A stretch of 64,000 bases of DNA, taken from NCBI GenBank assembly GCA_014384375.1, contig JACNFY010000034.1:1674-65673 (forward strand), given 5' to 3'. How positions within the stretch are numbered: position 1 is the first letter of the stretch; each line of letters begins with the position of its first letter. Positions 40,488 to 49,199 of the stretch are shown here, piece after piece. This stretch comes from Nanobdellati archaeon. GTDB taxonomy: Archaea > Nanobdellota > Nanobdellia > Woesearchaeales > GCA-2686295. The notes under the pieces are model-generated. The model was given only the letters and a program-made list of their open reading frames with translations. It ran no database searches and had not been told where the DNA came from. A program made the position numbers and the translations under genes.

Positions 40488-41664
40488 TGCTCCCCCACAT
40501 TTCTATTTCCTCTTTCAAAATTGTTTTTGAATTTTGAAGCTCAGAAATCTTCAATTTCTGTTGTTTTTCTCTTTGTTTCTCTCTTTTCTTTATTAAATCT
40601 TTGGTTCCTTTACCACTTAATCCTGTTTGGGGTGTAGGCAGCAAGGAACCTTCTGTTTTGATTTCCTTTCCTTTCTTAGTTAGTTCATGGAATTTTTTGA
40701 AATCAATCCAAGTATACCACTTATTATTTTTCTTGAACTTCTTCTTTGCAAGCATTACAACCCTTGATGGTATGTGTTCTGAAACAATGTCATAATCTGG
40801 CAGATATTTCAATAATTCTTTTGAGAATGCTACGACATCTTCATGCAGCGGCATGTTGTCTATCTTCAATCTGCTTCTTGATGCTCCTACGAACATGTAT
40901 GCTTTTACTTCAATAAAGTCTGGGTTTCCCTTCTCTATCAGTTTGGCATAGTTTTCTAGTTCTACATCGTTTAATCCTTTTATGATTGTCAACCTGATAC
41001 AGGTTCTGTACTTCTTATCTGCCATGTATTGCAAGCTTTTGTTTAATCTCTCCCAGTAATCCTTGAATAATGGAACATCGATTTTTTTCAACAATTCCTT
41101 GTTAGGCGCGTCTAGGCTTATGTATAGCTGTGTAACTGGTTCTAAGTCTTTTATCTGGTCTGGGTATTGCGCATTTGTAACCAAAAATGTTGATATTCCT
41201 CTTTCATGGAAGAGTTTTATTATTTCATTCATCTTTGGGTATATTATTGGTTCGCCTGTTAATGATAATGCAACATGCTTAACTGTGTGTGAGGTTTTGA
41301 AGAGCTTCATGTTTGCTTCTTTATTGCCTTTAAAACCAACCAAAAGTTTATGATGCGCTTTCTCGCTTTCTTCTAATATCATCTTTGGATCATCTACTTC
41401 CCACTTCCATTCTTTTGATACTGGTGCTTTGTATCCTCTCCAACAGAAAGTGCATCGATTGGCACAGCTGATGCTGGTTGTCATCTGCATACATTGGTTG
41501 CTCATTATGCCGTAGAACTTTAGTTTGTAGCAGCCTCCTTCTCCTCTTATCATGTTCTTTGTCCATCCGCAGATCTTCACAGCGCTGTGGCTTCCTACTA
41601 CTCTATACGCTTGCTTTTCTAATTCTTCAATATATTTTTTATCAGACAGTTGTTTTAGCGACAT
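40477..41664 (-). CDS. taw1: 4-demethylwyosine synthase Taw1/TYW1
   Basis: HSAVKIC.W, CYK.KFYGI, CANRCTFCWR, SLTGEP, EVKAYM.VG.S. Confidence 0.93.
   Translation of the reverse strand: MSLKQLSDKKYIEELEKQAYRVVGSHSAVKICGWTKNMIRGEGGCYKLKFYGIMSNQCMQMTTSISCANRCTFCWRGYKAPVSKEWKWEVDDPKMILEESEKAHHKLLVGFKGNKEANMKLFKTSHTVKHVALSLTGEPIIYPKMNEIIKLFHERGISTFLVTNAQYPDQIKDLEPVTQLYISLDAPNKELLKKIDVPLFKDYWERLNKSLQYMADKKYRTCIRLTIIKGLNDVELENYAKLIEKGNPDFIEVKAYMFVGASRSRLKIDNMPLHEDVVAFSKELLKYLPDYDIVSEHIPSRVVMLAKKKFKKNNKWYTWIDFKKFHELTKKGKEIKTEGSLLPTPQTGLSGKGTKDLIKKREKQREKQQKLKISELQNSKTILKEEIEMWGSNDG
40514..40560. repeat. Related twin-hairpin element in the taw1 C-terminal tail
   Basis: TTCAAAATT-gtttttg-AATTTTGAA-gct-CAGAAAT-cttca-ATTTCTG; same CAAAA..TTTTG / CAG..CTG architecture. 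Confidence 0.55.
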
Positions 41665-41697
41665 ATGCTTGAGAAAAAGAATTTGTCTTAAAAAGTT

Positions 41698-42054
41698 TTA
41701 CTTTACAAACTCAACGTTTGGAAGGTCTTTGAAAGCATTGTCTCCTGTTAAGAATTTTATCTTATGTTTCTTTGATAATATATATCCAATTATGTCAACA
41801 TATGAAATATTTTTATTTTTTAGCTTTAACTTCATGGCTTGGAATATGTCTTCATTGTTGATGTCAACAATTGATTCTTCAAACATTTCATAAATTCTCT
41901 CAGGCCCTTGTATTTTGTTTCTCAACATAAATAAGTATAACTCCATTAAATTTAGTTTGCTAGTAACAATATCAAATTGGTCATATTTTTTGTACTTGAC
42001 ATCTCCAAGCACTATTTTTGCAAGAGCATAAGTATCATAAAAATAGACGCTCAT
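41698..42054 (-). CDS. vapC: VapC-like PIN domain toxin
   Basis: FYDTYA, N.ME, SYVD..GY, FLTGD..F. Confidence 0.88.
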   Translation of the reverse strand: MSVYFYDTYALAKIVLGDVKYKKYDQFDIVTSKLNLMELYLFMLRNKIQGPERIYEMFEESIVDINNEDIFQAMKLKLKNKNISYVDIIGYILSKKHKIKFLTGDNAFKDLPNVEFVK

Positions 42055-42271
42055 TATCCCATCCTCTCTTAATTTCTTTCATCTCTTTCTCAACATCTAT
42101 TTTTTTGTTAGTTTTAGCAATTCCAAAAACTCTGTCAAACAGTTTGCCTTTTGCTTTTATATTGACTATTAATTTCTCATTAGTCATTATATGCTCTTTC
42201 TCGACAACTTCTTTAGGAATTGTAATTCCAATAGAGTTGCCCCATTTCCGAGTTATGCATTCGATTTCCAT
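42035..42271 (-). CDS. vapB: AbrB/MazE-type antitoxin (VapB)
   Basis: RKWGNSIGITIPKE; ATG 42271 preceded by a GGTGA RBS; overlaps vapC. Confidence 0.88.
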   Translation of the reverse strand: MEIECITRKWGNSIGITIPKEVVEKEHIMTNEKLIVNIKAKGKLFDRVFGIAKTNKKIDVEKEMKEIKRGWDNERLFL

Positions 42272-42284
42272 GAGGATCACCTTT

Positions 42285-42312
42285 ATATAATTATATTTAT
42301 ATATAATTATAT
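42285..42312. promoter_or_regulatory. Putative vapBC operator
   Basis: Two identical 12-bp palindromes ATATAATTATAT (42285-42296 and 42301-42312) just upstream of vapB. Confidence 0.5.
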
Positions 42313-42333
42313 CTAATATTTAAATTTTTTTAT

Positions 42334-42921
42334 TTATACCTCTATTATTTCCCCTTCAGGTCCAGGGTTTATTACTAATGTTTTTCCTATCTTGTCTCTC
42401 TTGTTGAATGTTTCGTGAAGGTGTCCGCAGATAACGAGTGCTGGTCTTTCTTTTTTGATAAACTTTGTGAAGCTCTTGTTACCTACATATCCCATTCCAA
42501 GCAAGTCAACCTTTGTACCGTATGGAGGTCCATGAGTTAATAAGACCACTTTCTTATCTTTGATAGTTTTTTTTATCTCATTAGACCATACTTCAAATTC
42601 AGGATCTCTAGTTGCGAATCCTCCACCACCAAAACCAACAAAGATGTAGTCTTCTATCTCAAATGTTTTCTTATGTATGAATTCTACGTTCTTGAAATGC
42701 TGTGATAAGAACTCAACAGTTTCTTCATCTTCATGATTTCCATGTATCAAGAGAACTTTTTTTGAGAGCTTGTTCATCTGTCCCATTATGTACTCTATTT
42801 CATGCTCGAAGATTGTGAAATCGCCAACACAAACTATTATGTCTGCATCTTTTGCTTTCTTAGCTATTACCTTTATATCTTCAGGGCTTCCATGATGGTC
42901 TGCGAATGCTAGTATTTTCAT
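42334..42921 (-). CDS. Metallophosphoesterase (Icc-like)
   Basis: D.H, GD, GNHE, THGPP, CGHLHE, INPG. Confidence 0.9.
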   Translation of the reverse strand: MKILAFADHHGSPEDIKVIAKKAKDADIIVCVGDFTIFEHEIEYIMGQMNKLSKKVLLIHGNHEDEETVEFLSQHFKNVEFIHKKTFEIEDYIFVGFGGGGFATRDPEFEVWSNEIKKTIKDKKVVLLTHGPPYGTKVDLLGMGYVGNKSFTKFIKKERPALVICGHLHETFNKRDKIGKTLVINPGPEGEIIEV

Positions 42922-42964
42922 GTGGTTTGATAGAAAGAGTTTATATTTAAAGATTTAGCTATTT

Positions 42965-43933
42965 TTACACTCTTCTGAATTCTGGTTTTGCTTGAAGAAG
43001 TTCATCTACGCTCATATCTACCAGTTGTCTCAGAAATTCAACTCTTACTTGATATGAAGGATTCATTTTTTGGTTAGATGAAATCTCTGGAGCTCCATTA
43101 AAGACAAAATCTGCTGCAAATAAATCAAGATAAGCACATTTAACTGTTGCTTCAACATCTCCTCCATTAAGAAATTCTTTTAATCTATTATTTGCAACTG
43201 AGTATAACTGGTCTGCCACGCTATCTCTGACATTGTAGAAAGCTTTTCTCCTTGGGAGATCTAGATGAGAAATAAAGAATAGTAGACTATGGACTGGGTG
43301 AGCTAGCCATGGAATTGAATAATCAATAGGTCTTATTGTTTCGTCCTCACAATACAAAAAGTTACTCATTTCAGGATCGAATCTTAGTAGCACTGGATCA
43401 ACTTCTGCCTGACTTAACATTCTTTCAATAATTTTTTTTCTTTTGGGGCTGACTAAATTATCAGAGACTGTGAGAAGTCCTTTTACTGAAGCTAAATAAT
43501 CTTTATCGATAACAGAACCTTCATAGTTTTTTGTTTGTTCGGATGTGTCTTGTGATGATATGGTTCTTAGATGTGATATTTCTTCTACAGGTACTCTTCT
43601 CATATAATCAATTTCTTCCAGCATTAAAGAGATGACTTCATCAAAATCTTCGGCTTCTCCGTTAATAAGAGCTATCTCTAAGTTTGTACTTGGAAAATAT
43701 TCAATATCTAATTCTTTTTTTCCTTCGTCCACTCTTAGAATTCTAGGTTTATTTGGAAACCCTGTTGCTTCTACTACTCTATTAAAGTCAAGCTCAGCTC
43801 TGAAAAATTGTTCTTTTTCAGGAAGGTATTTCTTTCGCAAAACTTTTCCTTGAGAAGTTTCAACAACTTCTATCTCCGTCTTTTGAAGATAATCTGTTAT
43901 ATCAGAATGATGACCTGTTATTGTTTCTGTCAA
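42965..43933 (-). CDS. APH/choline-kinase-like phosphotransferase
   Basis: VLRKKY, AE, PRIL, LDIEY, D.EMSNFL and IDY resemble the HxDxxxxN / D motifs. Confidence 0.5.
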   Translation of the reverse strand: MTETITGHHSDITDYLQKTEIEVVETSQGKVLRKKYLPEKEQFFRAELDFNRVVEATGFPNKPRILRVDEGKKELDIEYFPSTNLEIALINGEAEDFDEVISLMLEEIDYMRRVPVEEISHLRTISSQDTSEQTKNYEGSVIDKDYLASVKGLLTVSDNLVSPKRKKIIERMLSQAEVDPVLLRFDPEMSNFLYCEDETIRPIDYSIPWLAHPVHSLLFFISHLDLPRRKAFYNVRDSVADQLYSVANNRLKEFLNGGDVEATVKCAYLDLFAADFVFNGAPEISSNQKMNPSYQVRVEFLRQLVDMSVDELLQAKPEFRRV

Positions 43934-43941
43934 TTTTACCT

Positions 43942-45228
43942 CTATGTGAAAGCTATACTTGTGGGTATTATGGCTTCATTATTTGGTTCAGAACGATATG
44001 TTTTTCTTCCTACACTATTTGAATTTATGCGTTTTATACTTTCAGCTGTTGCTTGGTTTGCAAAGTGTATCACTTGTTCCTCACTTCCAACATAATGAGG
44101 GTTCTGATTGAGGGCTGGGAGTATTGGTGTGTTCATTACAGATCCATCGTTTAGCATATCTTGCATGATATTGGCATATAGGTTCATTCTCTCAACATCT
44201 GTGAAATGCACTGCGCAATCTGCAGCATGTCTTAGGTAAATATTTGCAAATTGACTGGGGTTTGAAGCAAATGTAGCATACAATTCTGGAGACTGACTTC
44301 TTATATGATGCAAAACAGTGCTTATAATATTCTTAGCCATTCTAACACTTCCTTCTGCATCCTGTGAATCTTGAACGACCTCTCCAAGATTGACATCATA
44401 AGCATAGTGTCCATTCGGGAATTTATCTACAAATTGCATTAAATAGGAAACTTCAATGCCATAATGTGTTGGTATGATTAATGATTGCCAGACTTCTTTA
44501 GGGGCTCCACATCCGCCTGATAGTGGGCCATTAAAGTCGCTTATTCCAGGAAACAAACCTAGTTCATCGTCAATTATTTTCATCATTGGTTTAGCTATTG
44601 TTCTGGCATTCACGCTTTTAAGCAATAAGTCACAACTTGCCACTTCTTCCCCGTTTTTTCTGCAAGTATCGATAACTTCGTAGTATGTGTCCTCCAACTC
44701 AAAAGTTGCTTTTGATAGTATTGTTCTAGAGTCTTCAAAAGGGCCTGCCAAACCATACACAAACCTAGGATCTATGTTGTAAAAGTCAGTGTCTAGGAAA
44801 AGAAGAATATCTCCACTAGCAACAGCTATACCAAGATACATTGCACGTCCTTTACCTGGGACTTCACCTAATTTTGGTTTATGTCCGTTGAATGTTGTGG
44901 TGAATCTAGAATCAAATACATTCACTGCTTTGATAGGAAACTTTTGGCCGTTTTTTGATGCACTGTAAATCAAATCTGAAAATGGATGTGTGTTCATGGC
45001 TGATTCCATTGCTGCATCTATTGTTCTATTATCATCCGAACTATCTGCAATAATTATTTCGTCGATACAACCTAAGTTCATTAGATTGGCAATTGTTGGG
45101 AAATAGTTTCCAATAGTTTTATGTTCATCTCTAGCAGGCAGGATTAAGGATATCTTCTTCCCTCTCTTGTTTGTAGGTCTTTCTTCTAGTTCTCTAAAGT
45201 CCTTATAAGTTCTTTGTTCAATTTTCAT
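43942..45228 (-). CDS. Glucosyl/mannosyl-3-phosphoglycerate synthase-like glycosyltransferase
   Basis: LPARDE..TIG, DS.D.T, GKG.AM, GDI..FLDTD, PLSG, YGIE. Confidence 0.75.
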   Translation of the reverse strand: MKIEQRTYKDFRELEERPTNKRGKKISLILPARDEHKTIGNYFPTIANLMNLGCIDEIIIADSSDDNRTIDAAMESAMNTHPFSDLIYSASKNGQKFPIKAVNVFDSRFTTTFNGHKPKLGEVPGKGRAMYLGIAVASGDILLFLDTDFYNIDPRFVYGLAGPFEDSRTILSKATFELEDTYYEVIDTCRKNGEEVASCDLLLKSVNARTIAKPMMKIIDDELGLFPGISDFNGPLSGGCGAPKEVWQSLIIPTHYGIEVSYLMQFVDKFPNGHYAYDVNLGEVVQDSQDAEGSVRMAKNIISTVLHHIRSQSPELYATFASNPSQFANIYLRHAADCAVHFTDVERMNLYANIMQDMLNDGSVMNTPILPALNQNPHYVGSEEQVIHFANQATAESIKRINSNSVGRKTYRSEPNNEAIIPTSIAFT

Positions 45229-45374
45229 CTTTAGAAGATTTTCCTAAAAATCAAAAAAAGTATACTATTTTCACTATTTAGTAACTATTAGGGTTTCCAT
45301 CTATTAAATAATTGTCTTATGAAATTTTGTGGAAATTAACAAACTTTATATATAATTGTTAATTATCTAAAAGT

Positions 45375-46355
45375 ATGAATAAAAGATCTAGAAAAATATT
45401 GTGTGAACTCGACGAGAATGCCAGGTCTAATTTATCAAATATTTCTAAGAGTTGTAGAACAAGTCAGCAAATGGTAAGTTATACGATAAAACAGCTTCTC
45501 AAAAAGAATATTATCCTTGGTTTTTCAACTGTTTTTGATTATAGTAGGTTTGATCTTAACTCATATATAGTTTTATTCAGATTATTCTATAAGAACAAAA
45601 AAGACTTTAATAATTTTATAAATTATCTGAAACACACACCTGAAGTTTCAAAAGTTGAGATTCTTGATGGAAAATGGGATGTCTATGCCATGTTTCTAGC
45701 ACCAAATCCTTCTTATTTTAATAAAATGCTTCACAAAATAAAAGCTGATAACGTAAATCTTATAAGAAATGATATGATAATAACGACAGTGGTTACATAC
45801 TTGTTTACTAGAAATTATCTCCGTGATTACAAAAAAACTGATAAAAAATATGTTATTGTAGGTGGGGATAGAGAAATAACAGGTCTTACAGACAATCAAC
45901 AAAGTGTTTGCAAATTCTTATTAGAGAAACCATTAGCAAGAATCAAGGATATTTCAAAGAAGACAGGGATGAGTTTTCTGACGATAACCAATGCTATAAA
46001 AATTCTTAGCAAGATTGGAGTTATAAGAGGTTTTAAACCAGTAATCAACTTTGAAAATGCAGAAATAATATGCAAAAAGCTTCTAATAAAGTATCAGGGA
46101 GGACCAGTCTTTGAACAAAAAATTGTATCTTATTGCAGACAGCATATGAATGTCATTGACATTGTAAAATCGTTTGGAGAATGGGACTTAATAGTGACAG
46201 TTGAAACAACCAAAAAAGGAGTGTTTAATAACTTTCTGATAGGACTTAGGGAGTTATATGAAGATATAATATCTGATTTTGAGATTGTTGATGTTCTTAA
46301 GACAGAGGCGTTAAGATATCTTCCGAAAAACCATTTTGATGAAGAATCAGAGTAA
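45375..46355 (+). CDS. Tandem Lrp/AsnC-family transcriptional regulator
   Basis: Two HTH + AsnC repeats (L.ENAR..., G.WD twice). Confidence 0.85.
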   Translation: MNKRSRKILCELDENARSNLSNISKSCRTSQQMVSYTIKQLLKKNIILGFSTVFDYSRFDLNSYIVLFRLFYKNKKDFNNFINYLKHTPEVSKVEILDGKWDVYAMFLAPNPSYFNKMLHKIKADNVNLIRNDMIITTVVTYLFTRNYLRDYKKTDKKYVIVGGDREITGLTDNQQSVCKFLLEKPLARIKDISKKTGMSFLTITNAIKILSKIGVIRGFKPVINFENAEIICKKLLIKYQGGPVFEQKIVSYCRQHMNVIDIVKSFGEWDLIVTVETTKKGVFNNFLIGLRELYEDIISDFEIVDVLKTEALRYLPKNHFDEESE

Positions 46356-46357
46356 TC

Positions 46358-47623
46358 TTATAGTGTGTAGTAATCCTCCAAGATAACCTTGTCGACCTTT
46401 TCTAAGTCTTTCACTCTGTAGAGTTTTCCATCTCCGACTTCTACTATTCTCTTTGCCAGTTTCTCTCCTTTCTTGTCCAACTTTATGCCGATGACTGAGA
46501 TTGTTATGCCTGCGTTTCTTGCAAGAGATGCTGATTTCAAGGTTGCTTCTTCAGGCTCGCTCAAAAGCTTGTCTTTTGGCGCGCCAGTAGCTTTGCTACT
46601 GAGCGTCTTGCCCTTTGTTGGTAGGGCATCTGTTAATAATATCAAGTGCTTGGTTTCTTTTCTTGCTGGAAACAATTCTATTGCTTTCCTTATCGTCTTG
46701 CTAATATCTGTCTCCATCGCAGCTCTTATACTTGTCAAGCTTCTGAGCAAGCTCATGAAGTCATTGGTTGGCTCAACAACATTCTTAATATCAGAGCCAA
46801 AAACTATCAAGCCAACCCTGTTTCTTTCCTGAATCGCTTTGAAAGCAAGTGCAACACCAGCCTTTTTAGCAGTTGCTAGCTTGTCACCTTTCATGCTGCC
46901 AGATGAGTCAAGACCATAAATGATAGAAATTTTTCCCTTGCTGCGTCTGTCAAATATTTTTATATCTTCCTTCAATATTTCTTTATGGTTTCTTCTAATA
47001 GTTGTCTTAATGGTTCTCCTTACAGCAATATCCTTATACCTTGATTTTTGAAAACCACGAGTATCTTCTTTATCACCATGAGCATCCCTTTCTTTCTTTC
47101 TCTTCTCACCAAAACCTTTTGCAATCAATTTATCCAATTCTTCTGTATACATCACTAAAGAACTCAAAAACAATCCATTATCAGTTATCAGATTATCTTT
47201 AGATACTAGTTCCTTCTTCTTCAAGCTTTCAACATTTTTCTCAATGTTCTTTCTTATCTCACGTTGAAATTCAGGTATGTTGATGTTTTTCTCAACATAG
47301 TTTGGAGAATAATTGGTTAATCTGCGAATAATGACTTCGCCATACATTTTATTAGCTAATTTGTAATTATTGACAAGATTCTTCAAAATCAAGTCAGGTG
47401 TGAAAGAACCAAGTCCTTGGTTTATGCTCTCAAGAATTAGCTTTCCATCATCTATCTGTTGCTTGTCACCTTCAAGCACTGAACTCATAAGCTTGTCAAG
47501 TTCGTCTTCCTTCTTCAACTTACCCGCTAGTTCAGTTATTGGCTCAGAACTCTTTACAGAGACCTCTTCATAATCAGCTTCTGACCTGTCAAAGATAACC
47601 ACCCTTGTCGCAAAACTTCTCAA
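46358..47623 (-). CDS. vWA domain protein (MoxR/chelatase partner) with in-frame palindromic insertion
   Basis: MIDAS DSSGSM, T, LLTD; contains the element at 46558-46605. Confidence 0.85.
   Translation of the reverse strand: MRSFATRVVIFDRSEADYEEVSVKSSEPITELAGKLKKEDELDKLMSSVLEGDKQQIDDGKLILESINQGLGSFTPDLILKNLVNNYKLANKMYGEVIIRRLTNYSPNYVEKNINIPEFQREIRKNIEKNVESLKKKELVSKDNLITDNGLFLSSLVMYTEELDKLIAKGFGEKRKKERDAHGDKEDTRGFQKSRYKDIAVRRTIKTTIRRNHKEILKEDIKIFDRRSKGKISIIYGLDSSGSMKGDKLATAKKAGVALAFKAIQERNRVGLIVFGSDIKNVVEPTNDFMSLLRSLTSIRAAMETDISKTIRKAIELFPARKETKHLILLTDALPTKGKTLSSKATGAPKDKLLSEPEEATLKSASLARNAGITISVIGIKLDKKGEKLAKRIVEVGDGKLYRVKDLEKVDKVILEDYYTL
46558..46605. repeat. 48-nt twin-hairpin palindromic element, copy 2
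   Basis: CGCT-CAAAAG-cttgt-CTTTTG-gcgcgc-CAGTAGC-ttt-GCTACTG-AGCG. Confidence 0.85.
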
Positions 47624-48485
47624 ACTCCTCCTTTACATAGTTTTCAGGCTTCTTCAAATATTTCAAGGACGGCTTCAACCTGATTCTATGACTTAGAACA
47701 GATATTAGAACAGCCTGAACATCATGTATTGAAACAGTTTTTTTACCACTTAACAAGGCATGGGTCTGGGCTCTCTCATACAAACCAATGCTTGCCCTGA
47801 CACTTGGCTTCTTCTCAATGTTTTCATCCTCTCTGAGGTTTCTAATGAACTTCAAGCATCCTTCCAATAGTTTCTCAGGAAAATCAATAACTTTTTTTCC
47901 AGACTTGAAAACTATTTTCTTTTCTATATCCAAGGTTTCAGGGTAATGCATGTAAATAAAGTCAAACCTATCCAAGAACACATCTGACAAAGGCTCTGTG
48001 GAGGTATCCTCAGGATTCATCGTACCGATGAACACAAAATCAGCTTCGAAATCAACTTTATAGCTGCCAATAGTAACCTTTTTCTCCTCCAATGCTTGGA
48101 GCAAAGAGTTCTGCAGCTTTTCAGAGCATCTGTTAATCTCGTCGAAGAACAACACTCCTTTATTGGCTTGGAATATCTTGCCAGGTGTAAAGGCTTCCTT
48201 GCTTGTTGGTCCGAACTTCAAAGCTTTTATTGGGTCGATATCTCCTATCAAATCCTCTGCTGTCAAGTCAGGTGAGCCTTGAACTCTGATAAATGGTGCT
48301 TTCTTACCATTCTGTTTTGGCATTACTTTTGCAACGTTTTTAGCAAGGGTTGTCTTGCCAATACCTGGTGCGCCCACAACAATTACGTTTCGCTCACTTA
48401 GAAGTGCGCTCTTCAGATGTTTTTTTGTGTCTTCTTGTCCTAGAATATCTTCAAAATCTGAACTCATAATTTGCTTAAATTTCAT
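47589..48485 (-). CDS. MoxR/Mg-chelatase-like AAA+ ATPase
   Basis: GAPGIGKT, FFDEINR, LLQALEE, TMNP, DRF, SVRAS, HRI. Confidence 0.9.
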   Translation of the reverse strand: MKFKQIMSSDFEDILGQEDTKKHLKSALLSERNVIVVGAPGIGKTTLAKNVAKVMPKQNGKKAPFIRVQGSPDLTAEDLIGDIDPIKALKFGPTSKEAFTPGKIFQANKGVLFFDEINRCSEKLQNSLLQALEEKKVTIGSYKVDFEADFVFIGTMNPEDTSTEPLSDVFLDRFDFIYMHYPETLDIEKKIVFKSGKKVIDFPEKLLEGCLKFIRNLREDENIEKKPSVRASIGLYERAQTHALLSGKKTVSIHDVQAVLISVLSHRIRLKPSLKYLKKPENYVKEEFEKFCDKGGYL

Positions 48486-48710
48486 AACAATCCCTCCTAT
48501 TGAAAGTCTATAGGGTCAGAGGCATGTTTTGAATATTTATAAAAGTTTGGAATACGAAGAATTCCTAACTTCAAAAACTAGTTTTTGTAACTTTCCCGGA
48601 GAAAAACACTGGACTTTCGGAAGATTTTCATGACGAGAATTCTAAGTACTGGACAAGCACTAGCGTGAGAGATATAAATAAACTGTGTTTAACAAAAAAT
48701 AAAAGAAAAA

Positions 48711-48755
48711 GCGATCGCCTAAACAGGTATCGCAAATGGCTCAAAACCCTTCGTC
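48711..48755 (+). pseudogene. Degenerate 5'-half copy of the neighbouring tRNA (CAA at the anticodon position)
   Basis: gcgatcgcctaaacaggtatcgcaaatggctcaaaacccttcgtc aligns with gcggtcgcataatggtattgcggaaggttcagatccttcgtc; no T arm or 3' acceptor strand follows. Confidence 0.5.
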
Positions 48756-48799
48756 AATATAAAAATAAGTTTTTTGTTTATTTATATTTTTCGATTAAT

Positions 48800-48896
48800 G
48801 CCGCGGTCGCATAATGGTATTGCGGAAGGTTCAGATCCTTCGTCCGTCAGGACCTCTGGGTTCGATTCCTTCTGGGCGAGAATCCCAGCCGCGGCG
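48800..48896 (+). tRNA. Class II tRNA, anticodon CAG (nominally Leu), with a 16-nt BHB intron in the T-loop (48867-48882)
   Basis: Acceptor GCCGCGG/CCGCGGC; anticodon stem GAAGG/CCTTC with loop TTCAGAT; variable arm GTCC-GTCA-GGAC; T stem CTGGG/CCCAG; discriminator G; no encoded CCA. Confidence 0.88.
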
Positions 48897-48915
48897 CACA
48901 CTAAAGATGAAACAT

Positions 48916-48934
48916 CAAAAAGCAAAGCTTTTTG
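48916..48934. other. Hairpin downstream of the tRNA (terminator, or a single-hairpin relative of the palindromic element)
   Basis: CAAAAAGC-aaa-GCTTTTTG. Confidence 0.4.
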
Positions 48935-48961
48935 GGCTTCATAAATTGTGGAGATAAATTT

Positions 48962-49171
48962 ATGAAATTTGTCAAAATCAATAATCGGATACTGGATTAC
49001 AATAAGCATAAGAGAGAATGTTTGCTTGTCAAGAATCATATAATAATATCTATGTATGACGTTTTAAGGATTTATGGCTTTACAAAGAAAAGAAACGGCT
49101 TTGTTAACAAGGATTTAAACTTGAGGCTAGAGTTAAAGTTTGATAAGCTGGAAAAAGAGGAGTTTGTTTGA
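48962..49171 (+). CDS. Small hypothetical protein
   Basis: ATG 48962 with a GGAGA RBS; 69 aa; no recognised motif. Confidence 0.4.
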   Translation: MKFVKINNRILDYNKHKRECLLVKNHIIISMYDVLRIYGFTKKRNGFVNKDLNLRLELKFDKLEKEEFV

Positions 49172-49199
49172 GAAAAATTTTTAATACCTAAGAGTTTTT

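Noticed and set aside
48825..48841. Reading the tRNA as tRNA-Sec or an opal suppressor (TCA in the loop)
   Set aside because: Centring TCA breaks the anticodon stem; only CAG sits in a 7-nt loop on a perfect 5-bp stem, and the D and acceptor arms are not Sec-like
48782..49039. 85-aa minus-strand ORF
   Set aside because: Antisense to the tRNA and to a small plus-strand ORF
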